Below, piece after piece: positions 62,701 to 64,000 of a stretch of 64,000 bases of DNA. The notes below the pieces were generated by a model that was not told the origin of the DNA, did not search any database, and saw nothing but the letters and a program-made list of their open reading frames with translations. A program made the position numbers and the translations under genes. Within the stretch, counting starts at the first letter, position 1, and every line of letters begins with the position of its first letter. The DNA is from Alphaproteobacteria bacterium (GTDB lineage Bacteria > Pseudomonadota > Alphaproteobacteria > GM7ARS4 > G965262615), in assembly GCA_965262615.1 (NCBI GenBank), contig OZ253545.1, positions 1,216,001 through 1,280,000 on the forward strand. Reading direction: 5' to 3'.

Positions 62701-64000
62701 TTCCGCCATTCACCGTGACGGTGTCATTGCCGCCGCCGAGCGTGATGCGCCCCGAAACACTGCCGCCGTTCATGGTCATGGTGATGTTGCCTGCAAAGCT
62801 GGAATTGATAATCTCGCTCGCCGTCACCGTGCCAGATGTCAAACCAATGGTGGCAACGGTGGTGGATGAACCTCCCGTCAAGGCGATCGCCGCACCACTG
62901 CCCACATTGATATTGCCCGAATTGCTAATGCTCACCGTGCCAGAGCCACCGTGATTGACCAGTATGCCCCGATGGTTGCTGCCGCAATTGGTGGTGCAGT
63001 TTGTCGCAAAGCCGATGGTGGCAGAATTGGTGATGCTGACACTGCCTGTGCCTGCCGAAATCGCCTCAATGCCACGCAATTCAGAACTGTGGGTATTGCT
63101 AGAACGAGGCTTAAAAACCAATGATGCCGCATTATTGATGGTGACACCCACAGACGATTTCACATACAGAGCCGCCTTGTTCGCTCCCCGCACCTGAATA
63201 TCACGCTTGGTGGCAGAAGCGGTCTGATTATTGACCGTCATACTGCCCGTGACCTGTGAGCCTGCCACCGTGCCATCCAGCGTGATGCCATGTCCCGTCC
63301 CACTGGTATTGACCGCACTGGTGAAACTATGAAGAGTCACGGTGAGATTGCCCGAACGCAACCCTTCCGCCGCCAATTCCGACACATCGGCAAACATGCG
63401 ATCCATCGTCAGACCGCCACTGAGCTCACTGGCAGAGCCTCCCGTGCAGGTCAGAGTCGGCACGCTGTAGGAACAATCCAATGTGCTGGCGGCAACAGAC
63501 GCAAAAAGACCCGTCCAGGACACTTGCAAATTCTCGCCGTCCTCACGCAAAACAAATCTGCCCCTGTAGGTGACAGCTCCACGCAACACCTTCACCCGAG
63601 CATCCAAGTCAGACAGACTCGCTATCGTGAGAGAACCACTGCCTGTGTCAATCAAATCAAAAGCCGTGCGGTCGGAAAGATCGTAACTGGCGGGCAGATG
63701 AATCTCAATCACGGGCGCATTACTGCCCGTGCCATTAAAACGAACCGCAGAAGATAACTTCACAGCATTGAAATCTCTCCCCAAATAAAACCGCACAGTG
63801 CTGCCGGACTCCGCCGTGAAGCTCTCCAATCCTCTGATGATGAGATTGCCCGCAGGGCGTGTTCTCATGCCAAAATGCACCGTGCCGCGATTGGTCACAG
63901 AGTCCGTGCCAGAGCCAAAATCAGAAATCAGAGAATCCCAACGCCATGTGCCGTTCGCCGCAACGCTCACCGCATCATTGCCACTGCCACTGCGCACACC
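41765..64000 (-). CDS. Giant repetitive autotransporter (type Va) adhesin-like protein, 5'-partial (>7,400 aa)
   Basis: Stop-free frame from the window edge to 41765. G/T/N/S-rich beta-helix-like repeats, an alpha-helical linker near 42800-42720, a C-terminal ~300-aa amphipathic beta domain ending SHSGTLQLFF. Confidence 0.9.
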   Translation of the reverse strand, partial: GVRSGSGNDAVSVAANGTWRWDSLISDFGSGTDSVTNRGTVHFGMRTRPAGNLIIRGLESFTAESGSTVRFYLGRDFNAVKLSSAVRFNGTGSNAPVIEIHLPASYDLSDRTAFDLIDTGSGSLTIASLSDLDARVKVLRGAVTYRGRFVLREDGENLQVSWTGLFASVAASTLDCSYSVPTLTCTGGSASELSGGLTMDRMFADVSELAAEGLRSGNLTVTLHSFTSAVNTSGTGHGITLDGTVAGSQVTGSMTVNNQTASATKRDIQVRGANKAALYVKSSVGVTINNAASLVFKPRSSNTHSSELRGIEAISAGTGSVSITNSATIGFATNCTTNCGSNHRGILVNHGGSGTVSISNSGNINVGSGAAIALTGGSSTTVATIGLTSGTVTASEIINSSFAGNITMTMNGGSVSGRITLGGGNDTVTVNGGTLTLANGTSAFGGGTDSVTVNNNGTLIMGNSTNGSKGVTVTGLETFTVNANTTMGLYLSRTASVFDTAMTLSGRVNVNAAVGQDPTALHVYLPSGYSISDQNYFTLLSAAALVPNSVFDLADLASQVRLFSSDGSTEYVGFIELGVTTTNSIPTALTMSWSNMAVVNNTASTMSCALASTTLTCTGGNASELGTGIKARRLFQDVASLQDGVHTGNLTVTINNVTDTTINSDGTGHGVRIDGAREGSRVSGNLTVNHQTTGTKRTVQVSHRGQAGLYVKGRNAVTVTNGANVLFGTNAGRHESSLYGIHAIATGTGDLTVTNNFATTIGFSAACTANCGANHRGIVASHIGTGDIDIVNAGVIRVTNTVNAVGMVGILAELPSSSAAASVSIDNTGIIEARDIAINVVGGTGKTATIRFNGGSRVSSLMAYWSGQFGGNSTVTIASNAIVTGGITGGTGNETVTVASGGTWNINYSSSFGGGTDSITNRGIMAIGSSTQVSRYIGITGLETFTLAANSTLRLYLDSLFGKVDISGTVTFNGSSDRNAPILELFLPAGYDSGSRSAFTLIDASAIVLQSTLTFSELARRLIVRSHDGTVYDGDFTLSRATGGQLQLAWGTIGEALNCRLVGSAITCSGGSASSFEFVGGFDLDDIFRKISSLSSGVFTGDLTVNLGSATESLAATVNTAGTGHGIELDGTVTDSRVTGSMTVNNQTAPATKRDIQVRGANKAALYVKSAVGVTITNGGNLVFAGTPYNNGLRGIHGISAGTGSVSINNSATIGFASNCTTNCGSNHRGILVNHGGSGTVSITNSGNINVGSGAAVSLTGGSSTTAATIGLTSGTVTASEIINSSFAGNITMTMNGGGATGRITLGSGNDTVTVSGGTMTLTNGTSAFGGGTDSMTLSGGTLIMGNATNGSKGVTVTGLETFTVNANTTMGLYLSRTGSVFDTALTLSGRVNVNAAVGQDPTALHVYLPSGYSVADQNYFTLLSATALVPNSVFDLADLASQVRIFAADGTEYVGFVELGVTSTNAIPTALTLRWSNMAVVNNTASTMTCALASTTLTCTGGNASELGTGIKARRLFQDVASLQDGVHTGNLTVTINNVTDTTINSGGTGHGVRIDGAREGSRVSGSLTVNHQTTGTKRDVQVRHRGQAGLYVKGRSGVTVVNGANVQFATNNNRYASSLYGIYAIATGTGDLTVTNNFATTIGFSAACTANCGTNHRGIAASHIGTGDIDIVNAGVIRVSNTVNAVGMVGILAELPSSSAAASVSIVNTGTIEARDIAVNVVGGSGKTATIRFNGGSRVSSLMAYWSQQFGGNSTVGIASNATVTGGIMGGTGNETVTVASGGTWNINYSSSFGGGTDSITNRGIMAIGSSTQVSRYIGITGLETFTLAANSTLRLYLDSLFGKVDISGTVTFNGSNDRNAPILELFLPAGYTSGSRSAFTLIDASAIVLQSTLTFSELARRLVVRSHDGTVYDGDFTLSRATGGQLQLAWGTIGEALNCRLVSTAITCSGGSASSFEFVGGFDLDDIFRKISSLSSGVFTGNLTVNFGSATASLAATVNTAGTGHGIELDGTVTDSRVTGSMTVNNQTAPATKRDIQVRGANKAALYVKSSVGVSITNGGNLVFAGTPYNNGLRGIHGISAGTGNVSITNSATIGFATNCTTNCGSNHRGILVNHGGSGSVSITNSGNINVGSGAAIALTGGSSTTAATINLTSGTVTANEIINSTFSGNITMTMSGGSAMGRITLGGGNDTVTVNGGTLTLANGISAFGGGTDSLTVNNNGTLIMGNSTNGSKGVTVTGLETFTVNANTTMGLYLSRTASVFDTAMTLSGRVNVNAAVGQDPTALHVYLPSGYSISDQNYFTLLSATALVPNSVFDLADLASQVRIFAADGTEYVGFVELGVTSTNAIPTALTMRWSNMAVVNNTASTMSCNLASTTLTCTGGNASELNSGINARRLFQDITSLQDGVHTGNLTVTINNVTDTTINSGGTGHGVRIDGAREGSRVSGSLTVNHQTTGTKRTVRVSHRGQAGLYVKGRNAVTVTNGANVLFATNNSQYASSLYGIHAIATGTGDLTVTNNFATTIGFSAACTANCGANHRGIAASHIGTGDIDIVNAGVIRVSNTVNAVGMVGILAELPSSSAAASVSIDNTGIIEARDIAINVVGGTGKTATLSFNNGSRTSALIAYWSQQFGGNSTVNIGSYAIVTGGIMGGTGNESVSVFANGSWTINYNSSFGGGTDSITNRGIMAIGSSTQVSRYISITGLETFTLAANSTLRLYLDSLFGKVDISGTVTFNGSNDRNAPILELFLPAGYTSGSRSAFTLIDASAIVLQSTLTFSELARRLVVRSHDGTVYDGDFTLSRATGGQLQLAWGTIGEALNCRLVSTAITCSGGSASSFEFVDGFDLDDIFRKIDSLSSGVFTGDLTVNFGSSTASLAATVNTAGTGHGIELDGTVTDSRVTGSMTVNNQTASATKRDIQVRGTNKAALYVKSAAGVSVTNGGNLVFSGTPYNNGLRGIEAISAGTGSVSISNSATIGFATNCTTNCGTGHRGILVNHAGSGTVSITNSGTINLTGSGTASHGIQVSAGTATEAVTISNTGTINVAGAAVSLTGGEAADTATIRLTSGTVTASEIINSSFAGNITMTMNGGSATGRITLAGGSDSVTVSGGTMTLTNGTSAFGGGTDSMTLSGGTLIMGNSTNGSKGVTVTGLETFTVNANTTMGLYLSRTASVFDTAMTLSGRVNVNSTVGQDPTALHVYLPSGYSISDQNYFTLLSATAFVPNSVFDLADLASQVRLFSSDGSTEYVGFIELGVTSTNAIPTALTMRWSNMAVVNTTASTMTCALASTTLTCTGGNVSELNSGINARRLFQDITSLQDGVHTGNLTVTINNVTDTTINSDGTGHGVRIDGAREGSRVSGNLTVNHQTTGTKRDVQVRHRGQAGLYVKGRNAVTVVNGANVQFATNAGRHESSLYGIHAIATGTGNLTVTNNSSATLGFSATCTVSCGQAHRGIAASHIGTGNISIVNSGDINVNATIGVIRMVGILAELSHPSSVASATISNSGSINSRNIAIAVEGGSGKSANVTFASGSDVSATYIYWGEDLGGNSTVSIAGGANVQGGVRSGGGNDAVSVAANGTWRWDSLISDFGSGTDSVTNRGTVHFGMRTRSAGNLIIRGLESFTAESGSTVRFYLGRDFNAVKLSSAVRFNGTGSNAPVIEIHLPASYDLSDRTAFDLIDTGSGSLTIANLADLDARVKVLRGAVTYRGRFVLREDGENLQVSWTGLFASVAASTLDCSYSVPTLTCTGGSASELSGGLTMDRMFADVSELAAEGLRSGNLTVTLHSFTSAVNTSGTGHGITLDGTVAGSQVTGSLTVNHQTTGTRRDVSVRGANKAALYVKSAAGVTITNGGNLVFAGTPYNNGLRGIEAISAGTGSMTITNSATIGFATNCTTNCGSNHRGILVNHAGSGTVSITNSGTINLTGSGTDAHGIRVDAGTATAAVTISNTGTINVAGAAMSLTGGASADTATINLTSGTVTASEIINSDFSGNVTVTINGGSVLGRITLGGGSDTVTVNGGTMTLTNGTSAFGSGTDSLTVNNNGTLIMGNATNGSDGVTISGLENFNLNANSRLRLYMDSNFNALTIAGTVTLAGGAATTPIIELHLPSGYVVADKNAFAIIDSTTLTLSGITLAHLQERVVIQKGIVTYEGTITLTEVSEELRIAWSDLIARLYCTRTGNTIDCMGGTDSDFASGLTLATIFGKVNVTGSSLAGNLILNLNNLGAHVNATGTGHGITLDGTVTGSRVTGNITLNHQTTTAANARKEVQVRGANQAALYVKSSVGVSINNAASLVFKSGTGNTHSSGLRGIEAISAGTGSVSITNSATIGFATNCTTNCGTSHRGIFVNHAGSGTVSITNSGTINLTSSGTAAHGIQVSAGTATEAMTISNTGTINVAGAAVSLTGGASADTATINLTSGTVTASEIINSSFAGNITMTMSGGSAMGRITLGGGNDTVTVNGGTMTLTNGTSAFGGGTDSVTVNSGGTLIVGDATNGSKGVTVTGLNSFTLNAGSSLRLYLTRTNNNFDIALTLPSAITINGTTSSDAPIIAIYLPRGITLGDESAFTLIDGTDLSLASTLTFAELAARVRIYTHNGSRYSGTVTLSEGSADNLQIAWQNLTRQIITSSMNCITNDSGATVTCSGGDTTHDEFLYGMDATDIFRSVNALQSGTRNGDFSLTLLNLAGTVNTNGTDHAIMIDGSKTGSRVTGSITVNLNVTGTKQDVSVRGTNKAALYVKSAVGVTITNGGNLMFAGTPYNNGIRGIEAISASTGNVSINNNTGTTIGFSSSCSSNCGTGHRGILVNHAGSGTVSVSNAGSINLTGSGTASHGIRVEAGTATEAVTISNTGTINVSGAAVSLTGGEAADTATINFTSGTVTANEIINSDFAGNVTVTINGGSASGRITLGGGSDTVTIGQSATLTTSSGAMNFGGGTDAFDLAGTWVRGGSSGSSHDVTVTALETFHYRATSTLRLYVKKGEGTSCAANAYCFVDMSGGRHILYGTSSAAPSFDLVFAASDTTAAATIDLYRFPVLGSNGLSFSGITERQVRGFATRDSSISSNVAISGRIYAFQWNHTSGGAVLQLQWKATPTATNTQCSAALSCTITSASRFDLEEAFTYRNVSGNNRHIIFADAAIAITRIDASANNQSAMIYNDALFFDGDALGSLVMGDLAIRIGQNSAVNNRQGAISQLVVRGDSDSTIESIVRVRHGMDVDVRLGSAQAGTALELLFGSHNGTNFYNNTAAIYVESTAGGKVVIRTDDRNKDVARIGFADTHACTQTSKGCANRGNGHYAIYVDASRAVSDIDVEIGSDTVIDVMGNFADNANRNAAFYVVGGAHNHTVDIVNRGTIVSSNAIYHATGTGNVVANFEHYGTLHMGGRGVVSNDISLSGLDVMRWHPQSRLHFYLQGSGTNLADNTRRHDFALQLIDSSLAVPTITVHTPATFALQSGNQSFVLWRVSSVALGSGSNRASLGALLTAMGDQLDDDVLFASDAPKGSLGVRANFSLTAVNSSVAGYQDLTLSWSDMRFHYDASALTCRLVGNALTCEATTASAAAIAELQGGLNLGRMFAAVGQSLADGTHSGDLTLSLPQLINVAQNQYSINYGATATHSGHGIIVDGTSPGSAVTGDLTFNYNAGQARHMYVFGSSATTVSGDVGAAAIYARSQKALAITIANNHEIRMTTPGQTSGTTLNRLVGIYAESISTGNDAIAITTANGTIGYVSGASSFGNNTRGIFVKRAGSGVITINSGVGVIDVGTHSGSHAFYLDVGSTTAAITIANTGGVRAGGDIIHLKPVDSNNRANAAVTFTHTGGGSGNQISGGMSVGDGNDTITIGAANTNYTDATAPRASLTSLDLGGGTNTLTNYGILTLNGGGTYNFDRDNASDSVITNYGTVRLGQASSNQALKSLTISGLNYFNVRANSTVVLGLNGLTSTAPSTAPSYKVRFYATRNGNDAPFININLPSGTISQRTHATQTAFTIWSTGGIERATPSGTVPTQAEMLQLLASRLQLFSGSQQWNAVFTLSVSGNLLQLAWSQLSIVLEESGFDCSSNYSVNNLVCVADANTSDSDRANGMQMGRLFRQAHLNVASRPFVSGNHLGNLTVTLFDLGGVINNSGDDHGITLDGTLDGSFVSGTMTVNHQTTGTKNNVLVRGANKAALYVKSAIGVTINNAASLVFKPLSDNTHNSGLRGIEAISAGTGNVSINNNTGTTIGFATDCSSNCGTSHRGILVNHAGSGTVSVSNAGVINLTGSGTAAHGIRVEAGTATAAVMVANTGNINVSGAAVSLTGGASNDTATINFTSGTVTANEIINSDFSGNVTMTMAGGTATGRITTGGGSDTVTVNGGTMTLTNGTSAFGGGTDSLTVNNNGTLIMGNATSGSDGVMLSGLENFNLNAGSTLQLYLTRNTAAGAGNQLFRAVAIGSGATITLALLDELRVYLPSDFSLDSSGHQTLAAPFNLLSGSTASATDAVLRGLNKTVSIFPNDARIKMYNASGRLLRADTITLAVSGGHITMTWSNLNSGANPTTLNCRFVAASSLMLCEGSANDAAERGEGLNMDRFFASITDRDDLSKNAHYNGDLTVELRNMSGVINGVNSAGHGITIDGTMAGSRVTGSVTVNNQTASATKHDVQVRGAGKAALYVKSSVGVTITNGGNLVFAGAPYRNGLRGIEATSAGTGNVSVNNNSGTTIGFISSCSSNCGTGHRGILVNHGGSGTVTITNSGNINVGSGAAIALTGGSSTTAATINLTSGTVTANEIINSTFSGNITMTINGGSVMGRITLGGGNDTVTIGQSTTLTTSSGVMNFGDGRDRLISHGEMILGSRSVAVKDVPFVSLEDWHIRQGATMDIYMNSGNIALANQTVQGITMSDTTVTMELNDDGRLPFTKVYLTDVERFFGGQATRRLSFASTEPFLKAARAVVITNQAGNTVTEGRLDILKRWVQSIRFITKDGRQYRGRLSGALDESQGLNFALENMNSFDFLLLGDRDGDGISDLKERETHIARSLNRLSESPSLSDSLYDFLESLYTYLEARVTDNGRLEDAEKRLDVYGNDLSSLAGTIYASLVQANWFAEQNFSRVVMKPSCGDVSAFAGQEKRLSWLKKQNGVVMCARSAISSSMLTRSNSEAAIGFTEHTPVGLEAMWDVALRPDLFVSLGGNYSYVNHTNEGGDSDASGHRLTFASSVHLSEYHMTQQRGYRLGMGIAGGYNLYQVQRQVFGDFYESSPSVGFVGVHGAGSYRYGWSADDYIEPSFSASIMQVLLAGTSESLQQKGVNGLDLDASLNVQDASHTYASLRGAVDMGMAYGAGAGNNVFLPQVTLGMTYLVTGQEIEVESQLTTASGEAVDVSYQDEGSPIFFDVGVGVTLSLGQEVTGHLNYQGIFGMGGGAAQSHSGTLQLFF
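43100..64000 (-). repeat. Intragenic ~1.3-1.5-kb modules with higher-order ~2.65-kb and ~10.7-kb repeats
   Basis: Homologous blocks at 62112/59463/56811/54069 and at 60633/57984/55332; block 63290-64000 recurs near 52592-53300. Confidence 0.9.

Noticed and set aside
43064-63757. Many + strand ORFs inside the giant gene (e.g. 50451-50939, 54498-54998)
   Set aside because: Antisense shadows (P/V/L-rich mirrors of G/T/N codons) that recur with the repeats.
63995-63997. GTG at 63997 as the true start of the giant gene
   Set aside because: The frame is open to the window edge, the sequence matches an internal repeat (near 53300) and there is no signal peptide.
52590-64000. Adhesin repeats as a diversity-generating retroelement TR/VR pair
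   Set aside because: No reverse transcriptase in the window; differences between copies are not adenine-specific and are spread over kilobases of coding sequence.
41765-64000. Giant protein as an RTX/T1SS substrate
   Set aside because: GGGxD turns are isolated rather than tandem nonapeptide arrays, and the C-terminus looks like an autotransporter barrel ending in Phe.
1-64000. tRNA/rRNA genes
   Set aside because: Intergenic spaces are very short, and I saw no cloverleaf or rRNA-like sequence.

Overview
Compact bacterial chromosomal window, most likely from an alphaproteobacterium (judged from gene order and protein style). Many genes overlap by 1-4 nt. From left to right it holds: (1) a Tad/Cpa pilus assembly cluster with no flp pilin at its usual position; (2) a dsbA-cysK-sseA-metC sulfur/thiol run; (3) argJ-mutT-ABC exporter-yfgM-bamB-der; (4) a flavocytochrome c sulfide dehydrogenase-like operon; (5) rpsF-rpsR-rplI-dnaB-mlaE-mlaF-cvpA-purF, interrupted by an AT-rich PabI-like locus (apparently intact M.PabI-like adenine methyltransferase plus a heavily deleted R.PabI-like restriction-glycosylase remnant); (6) an MFS transporter and a sgaA-hpr-gck glyoxylate/serine-to-glycerate module; (7) msrPQ, methylmalonyl-CoA mutase, tldD and an outer-membrane beta-barrel gene preceded by a 74-bp hairpin-forming tandem repeat, then an rsmD-like gene; (8) the 3' 22 kb of a giant (>7,400 aa, 5' end outside the window) cysteine-containing autotransporter made of about 15 mosaic ~440-aa modules in nested repeats. 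Family calls come from motif recognition only; no database search was run.
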